In this document: in pieces, positions 19,185 to 29,166 of the stretch
Numbering within the stretch: position 1 is the first letter of the stretch
How the letters are laid out: each line of letters starts with the position of its first letter
Assembly (NCBI GenBank): GCA_033763315.1
Contig: JANRKS010000040.1
Location: 128,001-192,000 of the forward strand
Source: Deltaproteobacteria bacterium
Lineage (GTDB): Bacteria; Myxococcota_A; Polyangia; Fen-1088
Direction: 5' to 3'
Length of the DNA stretch: 64,000 nt
The notes under the pieces: generated by a model
What the model was told of the DNA's origin: nothing
The model's input: the letters and a program-made list of their open reading frames with translations, nothing else
The model's database searches: none
Position numbers and translations under genes: made by a program

Positions 19185-20087
19185 TCACCCCACGGTGGCC
19201 GTCAACCACACCACAGCGATGCGTTCCGCGCCTGCATAGATCGGACGTGACAACTCCTCCCCAAACACATCGGGATCGAGCTCTTCGTAACTCGACACCA
19301 CGCCGGGCCGCGCGAGCAGTGGCTGCAGGCCCCGCCACAACGTGTCTTCGCCGTTGACCATGGTCGCGCCGGTGTACAAACATAGACGGCCGCCGAGTGG
19401 CAGGCGTTCAAGCGATTGACCCACGATTTTGAGTGCCAACGCTTCACCGAAAGATCCGCCGCCGTCGCGATACGTACGACGGCGTTCGTCACGCAAATAG
19501 GGCGGGTTGCAAATCACGCAATCGATGGGGCCTTTGATTTGTGCGAGCCCGTCGCTCTGCACGAACTCCACGTTTTCGACCTCCGCCAAAGCAGCGTTGA
19601 CCCGCGCGAAGGCCAACGCCTTCGTGGAGATGTCGGAGAGCACCAAAGCTTGACCCGGTTTGACGGCCACGATGCCGCCTGCCCCGGTGCCGCAGCCCAC
19701 ATCCACCAAGCGCCCTCGGCCCGTATCCGCACGTTCAAGCGCACGACAAAAGCGATACGTGTCTGGGCCTAAAAATACGGCGTCCACGTCGTGCGTGGGA
19801 TAGGACGAATGCGCAAATAGATAGGGCCCCAAAGACGAAAAGCGGACTCCACTGCGCAGGCCTTGCGGTGTTTCAAGCAAAGCCCCCGCCGCTGCAAGCG
19901 ACGAGACGATGCCCACCGGCAAGAGCTCTTTGGCGAACGGGCGGTTCCATCCAAACACGTCTCGCAGCGTTTGCGCCACCGGCGTGGCCCGCGCATTCAC
20001 CCGCTTGTGCGTTTCCGGGGTGACCGTAACAAACTGATAACGCTCTTGCCTAAGCCATCGCCCCACCTCCACCAACGCTTGTTCCAT
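19185..20087 (-). CDS. Class I SAM-dependent methyltransferase with NPPY motif (HemK/PrmC-like)
   Basis: VFLGPDTYRF, SAM motif VDVGCGTGAGG, CNPPY, C-terminal YEELDPDVFGEEL..ERIAVV. Confidence 0.85.
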   Translation of the reverse strand: MEQALVEVGRWLRQERYQFVTVTPETHKRVNARATPVAQTLRDVFGWNRPFAKELLPVGIVSSLAAAGALLETPQGLRSGVRFSSLGPYLFAHSSYPTHDVDAVFLGPDTYRFCRALERADTGRGRLVDVGCGTGAGGIVAVKPGQALVLSDISTKALAFARVNAALAEVENVEFVQSDGLAQIKGPIDCVICNPPYLRDERRRTYRDGGGSFGEALALKIVGQSLERLPLGGRLCLYTGATMVNGEDTLWRGLQPLLARPGVVSSYEELDPDVFGEELSRPIYAGAERIAVVWLTATVG

Positions 20088-20141
20088 GCCAACAAATTAC
20101 CTCAAGTGGCGCGTGCAAGCTTTAGGCGATATGCCACTTTC

Positions 20142-20852
20142 ATGCGAATCACATCTCCTGCTCTTCGTTTGCTCGCCTTGCTTACGCTTCCCGCCTGCGC
20201 CCACGGCATGCACCACGGCCCGAGCGAAGGCCCCACCATCACGGCGTCCGGCGACGGCAAAGCCTCAGGCGCTCCCGACCAAGCGTTGATCGTTGTGGCG
20301 GCACTTGCCGAAAGCAAAGACGCCAGCACCGCCGCTGGGGAAAGCGCCCGCGTGGCCACGCAGATCATCGAAGCCGCCAAAGCCATCGTCGGTGGCCAGG
20401 GGTCTGTAAGAACGACGGCCTACAGCTTGAACCCTGTGTACGACTTCATTGATGGCAAACAATCGATGCGGGCGTACCAAGCGCGCAACGCCATCACTGT
20501 GGAACTGTGGGCCACGAAGGATGTGGGCGCTGTGATCGATGGGGCGGTGAAAGCCGGCGCCCTGGAAGTTTCGTCGATCACGTTCGGCGTGCGCGACAAC
20601 GCAAAGCTGCGACAAGCGGCGATCGCGCAGGCGTCGCAAGCGGCGATGCGCGAAGCCACCGCTGCCGCACAAGCTTTGGGTCTGCGCGTGGGCAAAGTGC
20701 GCACGATTGCCGTTGGCTCTTCGTCGGGCGTGGTGCCCATGCCGATGGCAAAGTTCGCGCGCGCCGACATGGCCCAAAGCGCCACACCTGTGGAAGCGGG
20801 CGCTGTTGATGTCACGGCCTCAGTGTCGATCGAGGCGCATCTCGAAAAATAG
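20142..20852 (+). CDS. SIMPL/DUF541 family lipoprotein
   Basis: Lipobox LPAC; TITASGDG..PDQA, YSLNPVY, VIDGAVKAGA, PVEAG..VTASV. Confidence 0.85.
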   Translation: MRITSPALRLLALLTLPACAHGMHHGPSEGPTITASGDGKASGAPDQALIVVAALAESKDASTAAGESARVATQIIEAAKAIVGGQGSVRTTAYSLNPVYDFIDGKQSMRAYQARNAITVELWATKDVGAVIDGAVKAGALEVSSITFGVRDNAKLRQAAIAQASQAAMREATAAAQALGLRVGKVRTIAVGSSSGVVPMPMAKFARADMAQSATPVEAGAVDVTASVSIEAHLEK

Positions 20853-20860
20853 GGGCGTTG

Positions 20861-21934
20861 TTACTGTGGCGCCGTGTAACCACGCCACGCCCACACGAGC
20901 GTGTCAGCCATAGTCAGATCAAACACGCGGTCGTCGCAATGTTTCGATTCTAGGCTGAACACGTAACGGTAATGATAGCCCGCCGCCTGCAATGCGGCGG
21001 CGGTGCGCTCGTTGGCCATCGGCCAGTTGTGGTGTTTCTCCTCGGGCGAGGTGGCGCCCAGATCGTGTTCAGACGCATGCACAAACACACGCAGTGGTTT
21101 GCGAGGCGTCGTCTCGATGAGCTTGCCGCCCGAGTGATATTCCCACGCCCCCAGGGGATACGTGGCCTCTTCCGGAGCGTCATCGTCCTGTTGATCCACC
21201 AGCGTGGCTGAGTAGGCAATCACGCGGCGAAAGAGATCAGGGCGAAACCAAGCCATCGATAAGGCCGCCGCGCCGCCTGAGCTGCAGCCAAAGGCGCCGC
21301 GCCCCCACGGATCGTCTGTAAGAGCGAACTTGGGGTAGGCCGCGCGGATCTCAGGATTCGCAAGCACCGCGGGCACAACTTCGTCGTTGATGAAGTTGGC
21401 AAGACGCGGCGACATCGTGTCGTATTCTAAGCCGCGTTCACTGCCCTTGCTGTCCGATCCGCCGTTGGCCACGGCGATCAACACAAGCGCGGGCAACCTG
21501 CGGTTCGGATCTTTTGATGTCGAAAGGTTATCGACGGCGCGGCTCATACGTCCCAAGGGGCCGGGCCCATCGTGCACGATCAAGAAAGGCGCGCGCGTGC
21601 CATCTTTGTACGTGGCTGGCACATAAACAAAGATCTTGCGGCTAAACGGGTGCTGGTGCTCTGGTTTCAAAGTCAGATCTTCGCCGCGGAAGATGTGGCT
21701 GTCGCGTGACTCCATCGTGAATTCAAACCGCTGGCCCTGCGGTGCACCCTTATCGGTTAGATCGGGATCGATCGGGAAATCGGGTCCCACCTTAAAGTTG
21801 CCGTCGCCCAGGCTGCTCACATCCGCCATGGCGGGCGGCGGCGTGGGTGCAGGCGCGGCGGAAATGACAGCGGCGTCTTGGTGCCGGCACGCACCCAGGG
21901 CCAAGGCAATGCAGAACAGTATTGAGTTTTTCAT
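20861..21934 (-). CDS. Putative esterase (enterochelin-esterase-like alpha/beta hydrolase), lipoprotein
   Basis: Lipobox LGAC; VYVPA.Y, HDG, RGLEYD, nucleophile GCSSGG, AWFRPDLF. Confidence 0.8.
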   Translation of the reverse strand: MKNSILFCIALALGACRHQDAAVISAAPAPTPPPAMADVSSLGDGNFKVGPDFPIDPDLTDKGAPQGQRFEFTMESRDSHIFRGEDLTLKPEHQHPFSRKIFVYVPATYKDGTRAPFLIVHDGPGPLGRMSRAVDNLSTSKDPNRRLPALVLIAVANGGSDSKGSERGLEYDTMSPRLANFINDEVVPAVLANPEIRAAYPKFALTDDPWGRGAFGCSSGGAAALSMAWFRPDLFRRVIAYSATLVDQQDDDAPEEATYPLGAWEYHSGGKLIETTPRKPLRVFVHASEHDLGATSPEEKHHNWPMANERTAAALQAAGYHYRYVFSLESKHCDDRVFDLTMADTLVWAWRGYTAPQ

Positions 21935-21945
21935 AAGCTCACTGG

Positions 21946-23616
21946 CTAACGTAAAGCGCGGCGCAAGACCTTGCCCACAGGCGTTTTCGGCAATTCTTTG
22001 CGAAATTCGACGAACTTCGGAACTTTATATCCGGCGAGGCTTTCGCGGCAAAACTCGATCAAGGCCTGTTCGGTCAGGCTCTCATCCTTCTTGACCACCA
22101 CAACTTTGACCACTTCACCTGATTTCTCATCGGGTACGCCAATCGCTCCGACCTCAAGCACGCCCGGGTGCTTGGCAACCACCTCTTCCACCTCGTTTGG
22201 ATAAACGTTGAAGCCCGACACGAGGATCATGTCTTTTTTGCGGTCAACAATGCGGAAGAAACCGTCAGGCTCCATAACCGCAATGTCGCCTGTGTAGAGC
22301 CAGCCGTCGTGCATCACCTTGGCTGTTTCATCGTCGCGCTTCCAATATCCCTTCATCACCTGAGGCCCCGAAACAACAAGTTCACCGGGTTGCCCTTGCA
22401 CGGCCGGTTGGCCTTCTTCGTTCACCAACCGTATATCGGTGCTCGGGAACGGCAAGCCGATGGTGCCGATCCGATCGGTTCCATCCACCGGGTTGCAACA
22501 CACAACCGGAGAGGCTTCCGTGAGGCCAAAGCCTTCGATGATGGTGGACTTTGTAAGCTGCTTCCAACGTTCAGCCACAGGGCGCTGCAAAGCCATCGCG
22601 CCCGCCACGGTGATTTTCACTTGCTTGAAATCAATTTCGCCAAAGCCCGGCTGGTTCATCAAAGCGTTCAGCAGCGTGCTGACGGCGGTCAACACGGTGA
22701 AGCGCTCCTTTTGCAGCAATTTCACAAACGCAGGAAAATCGCGAGGGTTGGTGACCAAAATGTTCTTGGCGCCATAGCGCATGAACAACAAGCAGTTCAC
22801 CGTCAAGGAAAACACGTGGTAAAGCGGCAGCGGTGTTACCACGATCTCTTCGCCTTCCACAAAGCGCGGCGCCATCCAAGCGGCCGATTGCTCCATGTTG
22901 GCGATCACGTTGCGATGGCTCAACATCGCGCCCTTGGCAACACCCGTGGTGCCTCCTGTGTATTGCAAGAACGCCAAATCCTCGGCATCCATCGCCACGT
23001 CGGGCATCGGTTCATGCGACGCACCTTTGGATAAGGCGTCGCGAAACTGAATCGAACCTTCGATCGCAAACGGGGGCACCAGCTTCTTCACGTACTTGAC
23101 CGCAGCGTTGATCAACACCCGTTTGACGGTGGGGAACAAGTCGCCCAGCTCCGTCACGATCACCTTCGGTGGCACGCCACCTTCACCCAAGGCCGGCAGC
23201 ACGTCCTGCAGGTTGCGGGCGAAGTTCGCCATGATGACAACTGCCTTGACGCCCGCGTCTTTATACTGATGCTCCATCTCCCGGGCTGTGTAGAGCGGGT
23301 TTGTGTTGACCACCACAAGCCCAGCGCGCAAGGCGCCGAACAGCGCCACCGGGTACTGCAGGATGTTTGGCATCTGCAAGCCGATGCGATCACCTTTGGC
23401 CAGGCCCAAGTCTTTGCGCAAATACGCGGCAAACTGAGCGCTTAGTTCATCGACCTGTTTGAACGTCAACGTGACGCCCATGTTGGTGAAGCACGGGCGC
23501 TCAGCGAAACGTTCGCACGTTTGTTTCACCACTTCCGGAATCGAGCGATAGCGGCCGGGATCGATGTCCGTAGGCACACCTTTGGGGTAACTCTTGTGCC
23601 AAACACGAGGTTCCAT
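21946..23616 (-). CDS. fadD: Long-chain fatty acid-CoA ligase
   Basis: LQYTGGTTGVAKG, EGFGLTE, WLYTGD, DRKKDMILVSGFNVYPNE, LPKTPVGKVLRR. Confidence 0.92.
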   Translation of the reverse strand: MEPRVWHKSYPKGVPTDIDPGRYRSIPEVVKQTCERFAERPCFTNMGVTLTFKQVDELSAQFAAYLRKDLGLAKGDRIGLQMPNILQYPVALFGALRAGLVVVNTNPLYTAREMEHQYKDAGVKAVVIMANFARNLQDVLPALGEGGVPPKVIVTELGDLFPTVKRVLINAAVKYVKKLVPPFAIEGSIQFRDALSKGASHEPMPDVAMDAEDLAFLQYTGGTTGVAKGAMLSHRNVIANMEQSAAWMAPRFVEGEEIVVTPLPLYHVFSLTVNCLLFMRYGAKNILVTNPRDFPAFVKLLQKERFTVLTAVSTLLNALMNQPGFGEIDFKQVKITVAGAMALQRPVAERWKQLTKSTIIEGFGLTEASPVVCCNPVDGTDRIGTIGLPFPSTDIRLVNEEGQPAVQGQPGELVVSGPQVMKGYWKRDDETAKVMHDGWLYTGDIAVMEPDGFFRIVDRKKDMILVSGFNVYPNEVEEVVAKHPGVLEVGAIGVPDEKSGEVVKVVVVKKDESLTEQALIEFCRESLAGYKVPKFVEFRKELPKTPVGKVLRRALR

Positions 23617-23738
23617 CGGCACAGTATCGCCGGGATGCGGCACGAACGCATCTGGAAATTTTTTAAGCGACGCCGGCGGTTGCCTCGACCGGCGAAGATC
23701 GACTCACGGCGAGCGTGGCCGGCACGGGCACGCTCGCG

Positions 23739-26700
23739 CTAAACAGCGACCCGAGTCGAGGCCGAACCATCCACGTCGCGCAAAAGCTCGAAGAGCCTGC
23801 GGTGGTCGGGGATCTGCAGAAAGGAGGCGGCGAGGGTCGGGTCGTCGATGTCGTGGGCTTGCGCTTGAACACGCTGGGCAACGGCCACCAGAATGTCTCG
23901 CGCGGCCGCATTTTGACCGCTCGCCAGCAGCGCCTCCACGTGCACCAAGCGCAAGAACACTTCGCGCTCCTCAGGCGCGACGCCGTCATCATCGATCAGG
24001 CGCCGGGCTTGATCAGCCAACTGTAAACCGGCGGGCACGTTGTTTTGCATCAGTTCCGCCTTGGCGGCCAACGCCAGCGCATAAGGCCGAATGGGCAGCA
24101 CCAGTTTTGGATCGGCAATGAATGGTTGCACGAACGGCCAGGCATCTTTCGGCTGGCCCCTAAGCAGCGCCAAATGCGCTTTATAGAGCCCCACGCTCAG
24201 CGCCAACCAGTTTACGCCGCGGCCGGCAAAGCGTTGTCCCGCGCGCTCCAACATCGTTGCGGCCTCATCCAAGTGGCCTTCGGCCATATGAATGACGGCG
24301 GCGTTGCCTTCTGCCAAACCCTCGAATAGATCCGAGCGCAAGCGACGCGCACTCGCGATTCCCTCACTTACGTATCGCTTGGCTTCGGCGTAACTTCCGC
24401 AGTCGCTCATCATGTTCAACATGAGAATGCGGGGGTCCATTTTCGAGACCTCATCGTCGAGAGGGGCGACCTGCTCAAAGCATCGTTTGTAGCAACGCAG
24501 GGCCTTGCCGAGTCGCCCCATACGACGTTCGTAGGAGCCGCGGACCGCCAATAGGCGCGAGCGCGTGATGGGGTGAAGCCGTTCCGCATTTTCACGTTCC
24601 GCTTCAACCAGCAGCGCTTCGGCCCGATCGCAAAGCCCCACGCCCAGCAGGCCTCCTGCAATGGACGAAAGCGCCAACGTGCGGTCATCCACCGCCGCGG
24701 TATCGTAAGCTTGGGTTGTCAAAACACATTCGGCCAACCACAGCAGGTTTTCGGCGTCAGTGGACTCCCCGAAGATCCAGGCCGCACATTCAATGGCGCC
24801 ATACCAATCCGGTGAGCCCGAACGCAGAAAATTCATTGCCTCTTGCACGGGCGCCTGGCCCTCGGTCATTCGCCCCAGCCACCGCAAAGCCTTGGCCTCA
24901 AGCAAGCGCAGCCGCCCGCGCTGCATTGCCTCGGGTTTGAAGTCGAAAGCGCGGGTGGCAAATGAAACCGCGCCTTCCAGATCGCCCGCCGAAAAGGCTT
25001 GCACCGCCGCCGCCTCTGCCAGTGCACACGATCGCGGGGCATCAACCGCACGGCTCGCGTGCTCGAACAACAAGGACGGCGCCACATCTTCCAGCTCTTC
25101 AAGCCAACGCCCCGCCAAGCGGTGGCCCAACACCCGATCGCCGTCGGTCAAGGATTGATAAGCGGCCTCGCGCGTGAGCTCGTGCCAAAAACGAAACGAG
25201 GCGCCCGATTCAGCCAAAAGAATTTCTTCTTTCACCAAAAAGCCGAGCCAGCGATCCACTTCTACGGCGTCGTCCTCTCCCAGTAAGGGCAACAACGCAT
25301 CCCGCACAAACGTTCGGCCGTACACACTGGCGGCGCGCAAGATACGCCGGGCCGGCGGCGGTAGATCGTCAAGCCGCGCCTGCACCGTGCCGAGAACGGC
25401 CTCAGGAATCTTCGACCTGCCCCGCCGGCGCAGCGTTCGCGACAGTTCTTCAATGAAAAACGGGTTGCCTTCGGCGCGCTCCGCAACCCATTCCACGGCC
25501 GGAGCGGCGTCCGCCGGCAAGAGTTCCCGAATCAGAACCGTGGCGTCGCCGCTGCTCAATGGCAGCAGCGACCGCGTTTGCAAACCCCGCTCTTCCCACA
25601 TGCGTGGGTACGCTTGCCACAACGCCGGCCGCGCCAGAACAAGCACAAAACAGGCGCATGCACCCATGTGCGCGAACGCCCCCTCAAGGAGCTTCACTGA
25701 AGCGGCATCGGCCCACTGAAGATCATCGAGCAACAACACCAAGGGCAAACGCAGGCTGGCGATCTTGAACGCATCACCCAAGGCCAAGGCCGTTTGTTCC
25801 GCCATCACACGCGGGTCATTGCGCGAGGAGCGCAAAATCGATTCGGATTCCATCGTTGGCGCGGCGCCCACAAGCTCCGCCAAATACGTCACCGCCAAAG
25901 ATTTGCCGTCGTCGGGTTGTCCCGCTTGGAGGAACGTCTGCACAATCTCCCGGCGCAAACGGCGGGGCGTATCCTCGGCGATGCCAAGGCCGGCCATGGC
26001 CAGCTGACGTGCAAGACCAAACGGACGCGCCGTTTGCAACGAGTCGCCCTGTGCACGCCACAAACGATGCCGGTGGTGGTGGTGCCGCAGGTGCGAAAAC
26101 CATTCACTCGCCAAGCGGGTCTTTCCGACGCCCGCCTCTGCGATGTAAGCCACAAGTTTGGGAGGCTTGTTCGCGGCGAGCTCGGTAAAGTCACGTTCGA
26201 GCTGCTCAATATCGGCGTCGCGTCCAATGAACACACGTTCGGTGGAATTGACGATGATGGGCAAAGGTGTGGCATAGCTGTCGTCAACCAGCAACCACGC
26301 GTTGTTGTGGTTTCGCAGGGCGAAGCTGCGCGCCACCAGTGGCGCCATCTCTTCATCAACCGCCACATCTCCCGCGCAAAGTGCGGCCAGGCGCGCGCTG
26401 GTTTCATCAAGCAACTTGCCCAACGGCAGGCCTTGCCGCACCACCGCCTTCCCTAGCGCAATCGCCGTCATGGCCTCTGGCTTTTGTCGGCGCACCGCCA
26501 ACGCGCAACGAGCCGCCTTCGCCGCCAACTCGGAAGCGGTTACCTTTCCACTGCACGTCACAAGCAAGGTGCCGTCCAACAAAACGTTCGCCTGCGCGTC
26601 CAACTGGCCGAACGCGTCCAAGAGCGCCTTGGGCAACGCCGGCACACCAATCAGAATCTCCCGCGTTTCCCCCACAGCCGGCATGCTTGACGTGGACTGC

Positions 26701-27620
26701 GTCACACTGCGCGTGAACTTTGACATCAGAACGACGACCGCTCGTTGTTCGTCCATCGACAAGGAATCACCGAAGGCCAACAGCTCGCCGCTGGCGCTCG
26801 AAGAAAGCCCGGAGAACGAAGCGAGCAACACTTCCGCGTTGGCGGGTCTTTCCGCTGGTCGCTTTTCCAGCATGCGGTTGATTTGCTTTTCCAGCGCTGG
26901 CGATACCTCGGGACAAAGGATGTGAATGGGCAACGGCACATCGACGCATACCTTGGCGAGAACCGCCAAGGCCGTGTCGCCCGCAAACGGGGCCACGCCA
27001 CACAAACATTCGTAAAGCACCGAGCCGAGCGCAAAGAGATCCGAACGACCATCAATTTCCGGCAACCCCCGCGCCTGCTCCGGCGACATATAAAGCGGCG
27101 TGCCCACCGCGAAACGCTGCGCGTCTTTCGTCGGTTCAAGCACGCGCTTGGCCACGCCAAAATCCAGCACTTTGACTTTTGCGATGTCGCGATCGCAAAG
27201 GAAGATGTTGGCCGGTTTTAGATCGCGGTGAACGAGCCCCCGACCGTGTGCCACGTGCAAGGCGCGCAACACTTGTTGGGCCAGCAAGGTGACCTCCTCG
27301 TTGCTGAGCCGACGCCCGTGAAGAAAGCTTTCGAGATCGCAGCCCGTCAACCATTCCATTGCAAGGTAGGGCTCGCCCGAGCCGGCCAGGCCATGGTCAA
27401 CGTAGCCAACGACGTTGGGGTGGCGCAGCTCCGCGAGCGCTTCCACCTCGCGCAAGAACAACGTGGTGGCGTTGCTGTGATCGGTCTTCAAGACCTTCAC
27501 GGCCACAACCCGTCCGGTGTGTGTGTCAAGCGCACGCCACACGTTGCCCATGCCACCTTGGCCCACTCGCTCTTGCAAGTAAAACCGGCCTCGGAGCATG
27601 GTCCCCACGGGAACTTCCAC
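23739..27620 (-). CDS. Ser/Thr protein kinase - STAND/AAA ATPase - TPR-like fusion
   Basis: Kinase motifs GQGGMG, VAVK, HRDLKPAN, DFG, GTPLYMSPE; FIGRD; Walker A AEAGVGKT; Walker B LLLDDLQWAD; GNPFFIEE; helical-repeat C-terminus. Start taken at GTG 27620. Confidence 0.88.
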   Translation of the reverse strand: MEVPVGTMLRGRFYLQERVGQGGMGNVWRALDTHTGRVVAVKVLKTDHSNATTLFLREVEALAELRHPNVVGYVDHGLAGSGEPYLAMEWLTGCDLESFLHGRRLSNEEVTLLAQQVLRALHVAHGRGLVHRDLKPANIFLCDRDIAKVKVLDFGVAKRVLEPTKDAQRFAVGTPLYMSPEQARGLPEIDGRSDLFALGSVLYECLCGVAPFAGDTALAVLAKVCVDVPLPIHILCPEVSPALEKQINRMLEKRPAERPANAEVLLASFSGLSSSASGELLAFGDSLSMDEQRAVVVLMSKFTRSVTQSTSSMPAVGETREILIGVPALPKALLDAFGQLDAQANVLLDGTLLVTCSGKVTASELAAKAARCALAVRRQKPEAMTAIALGKAVVRQGLPLGKLLDETSARLAALCAGDVAVDEEMAPLVARSFALRNHNNAWLLVDDSYATPLPIIVNSTERVFIGRDADIEQLERDFTELAANKPPKLVAYIAEAGVGKTRLASEWFSHLRHHHHRHRLWRAQGDSLQTARPFGLARQLAMAGLGIAEDTPRRLRREIVQTFLQAGQPDDGKSLAVTYLAELVGAAPTMESESILRSSRNDPRVMAEQTALALGDAFKIASLRLPLVLLLDDLQWADAASVKLLEGAFAHMGACACFVLVLARPALWQAYPRMWEERGLQTRSLLPLSSGDATVLIRELLPADAAPAVEWVAERAEGNPFFIEELSRTLRRRGRSKIPEAVLGTVQARLDDLPPPARRILRAASVYGRTFVRDALLPLLGEDDAVEVDRWLGFLVKEEILLAESGASFRFWHELTREAAYQSLTDGDRVLGHRLAGRWLEELEDVAPSLLFEHASRAVDAPRSCALAEAAAVQAFSAGDLEGAVSFATRAFDFKPEAMQRGRLRLLEAKALRWLGRMTEGQAPVQEAMNFLRSGSPDWYGAIECAAWIFGESTDAENLLWLAECVLTTQAYDTAAVDDRTLALSSIAGGLLGVGLCDRAEALLVEAERENAERLHPITRSRLLAVRGSYERRMGRLGKALRCYKRCFEQVAPLDDEVSKMDPRILMLNMMSDCGSYAEAKRYVSEGIASARRLRSDLFEGLAEGNAAVIHMAEGHLDEAATMLERAGQRFAGRGVNWLALSVGLYKAHLALLRGQPKDAWPFVQPFIADPKLVLPIRPYALALAAKAELMQNNVPAGLQLADQARRLIDDDGVAPEEREVFLRLVHVEALLASGQNAAARDILVAVAQRVQAQAHDIDDPTLAASFLQIPDHRRLFELLRDVDGSASTRVAV

Positions 27621-27668
27621 GGCGAAAAACTCGGTGGTTCTGCGGACTTTCTTGAATGCCGTGAAACC

Positions 27669-27708
27669 TGTTGTGCCCCACACAACACTTGTTGTGCGGC
27701 AGGCGACA
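27669..27708. promoter_or_regulatory. Tandem 19-bp dyads TGT(T/C)G-N9-C(A/G)ACA, putative enhancer (UAS), copy 1
   Basis: TGTTGTGCCCCACACAACA (27669-27687) and TGTTGTGCGGCAGGCGACA (27690-27708), 21 bp apart start to start; near-identical copy at 29221-29260. Confidence 0.7.
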
Positions 27709-27761
27709 GGCCTCCAGGCCCGCCGAAGCAAATTCGCAAGCGATATTCAGGACACGCGGGT

Positions 27762-27777
27762 TGGTCTGGCTCTTGCT
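27762..27777 (+). promoter_or_regulatory. Putative sigma54 promoter of NGL-repeat lipoprotein 1
   Basis: TGGTCTGGCTCTTGCT (GG-N10-GC); the -12 C lies 43 nt before the ATG, the same spacing as in the paralog promoter. Confidence 0.65.
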
Positions 27778-27818
27778 GAAGGGTTTGAAGCCGTCTTTGC
27801 GCGGCAAGGAGACCCAGG

Positions 27819-29141
27819 ATGAGGAACGAGGCGTTCGTGTTGCTCGGGTTTGCGTTTTTAGGTGCCTGTGGGCAAGACGACCAAGATGGTTTCTTGAATG
27901 CGCCCACCGCCCAAGGCGTAACGTCAACCAACGGGTTGGCGACGGTCAATGGGTTGGCCACCGTCAACGGTCTCGTGGCCACCAACGGCTTGGCCACCGT
28001 CAACGGTCTGGCGACGGTCAATGGTTTGGCCACGGTCAATGGTCTGGCCACGGTCAATGGTTTGATGACCAGCACGGCAGGTCGCGCCACTGTGGAGTAC
28101 CTGGTCAAGTGTGCGCTTGGCAGTGGCGATTACATCGACAAGCAAGACAATGTTGGCGCCTGGCATCGCTTCTATGGCGCCCTTGGCGTGGGCACCGCGT
28201 GGAAGGCCGGCGCGTGCGACCTTGACTGCCAACAGCGTATCACCTCGTGCATGTTGGCCCACATCAACAGCACCGGCAACCGTGTGCCAATCTTCGTCAA
28301 CGCCGACCCCGTGAAGATGCCATCGATTGGCATGAGCATGGCGTTCCAGTCGGGCAGCGACGCCATCGTCCAAGAAGGCGTTTTCTTCGGCAATATCTTG
28401 GCCTCTAACCCGCCCACCGCGTACTACGTCAAAGGCGACGGGTTCAAAGCCAGCATCGCGGGCCGCTTGGGCGCAAGCACAAGCACCCCCTACAAGGCGT
28501 GGGACGGATACCGGGCGGACACGGGCACCTACAGCAACGGTGTCGCGGATGGGCTGTGTATGGGCAAAACGATGTCAGACGGTGAGCACTACGATTACGC
28601 CTCGTGCGGCAAAGCCGACTTTGCCGGCGACGTGTTCCACACCTATTGGCCCAACGTGATCTCAACGTACGTCAACAGCAACTACAACGGACTCACAACG
28701 CAGAATTTTGCCCCCATCACCTTCACCTTCAACGCCGAGGCCGTGCGTAATGTCACGAACAGCAAAGCCGACGTGTGGACGACCAGCAGCAACTTCGAGT
28801 TCAAAAACACGGTCGGCTTGTATTCAACGGGCCGATTGGCCATCGCGAATGTGGCTGGCGGGCGGCGCCTTTGCGCCAACGGATACAACGAGCACATTGT
28901 CATCACGAAGAATTCAGGCGAACGGTTCTCGTTGTCGTCGCTAAAAGTGGGCTTCCTCAACAGCACATCGTCGATCACCGTGCGCGGCTACTCTAAGGGT
29001 TCGAGCGTGGTCCGCTCCGTTTCTTTGCCAGTTACGTCACAGGCGGGGTCAACTTTGACCACCAACTGGGACGGCTTGCTCAAGGTTGAAATCAAGGCCT
29101 CGCAAGGCACCTGCATTGATGACGTCATCGTGAAGAGTTAA
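27819..29141 (+). CDS. Lipoprotein with 8 xxxNGL hexapeptide repeats and Cys-containing domain (paralog 1)
   Basis: RBS AAGGAG, lipobox LGAC, (ATVNGL)n repeats, YLVKCAL, CDLDCQQRITSCMLAHIN; extensive identity with the downstream paralog. Confidence 0.85.
   Translation: MRNEAFVLLGFAFLGACGQDDQDGFLNAPTAQGVTSTNGLATVNGLATVNGLVATNGLATVNGLATVNGLATVNGLATVNGLMTSTAGRATVEYLVKCALGSGDYIDKQDNVGAWHRFYGALGVGTAWKAGACDLDCQQRITSCMLAHINSTGNRVPIFVNADPVKMPSIGMSMAFQSGSDAIVQEGVFFGNILASNPPTAYYVKGDGFKASIAGRLGASTSTPYKAWDGYRADTGTYSNGVADGLCMGKTMSDGEHYDYASCGKADFAGDVFHTYWPNVISTYVNSNYNGLTTQNFAPITFTFNAEAVRNVTNSKADVWTTSSNFEFKNTVGLYSTGRLAIANVAGGRRLCANGYNEHIVITKNSGERFSLSSLKVGFLNSTSSITVRGYSKGSSVVRSVSLPVTSQAGSTLTTNWDGLLKVEIKASQGTCIDDVIVKS
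27921..28064 (+). repeat. 8 x 18-bp coding tandem repeat (xxxNGL)
   Basis: Units such as GCCACGGTCAATGGTCTG with synonymous variation between copies. Confidence 0.9.
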
Positions 29142-29166
29142 TAAGCAGCCCACACGTTTGCTGCTT

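Noticed and set aside
27621-27731. N-terminal extension of the kinase ORF
   Set aside because: Runs through the conserved dyad elements and precedes the kinase domain without recognisable content; treated as intergenic.
27921-28064. 18-bp tandem repeats as a possible CRISPR array or non-coding repeat
   Set aside because: No spacers, in-frame with synonymous variation, and no cas genes in the window.
27497-28108. Antisense ORF with TVAxPL repeats (similar one at 29378-29659)
   Set aside because: Mirror translation of the NGL repeat; the plus-strand gene has an RBS, lipobox and a paralog.
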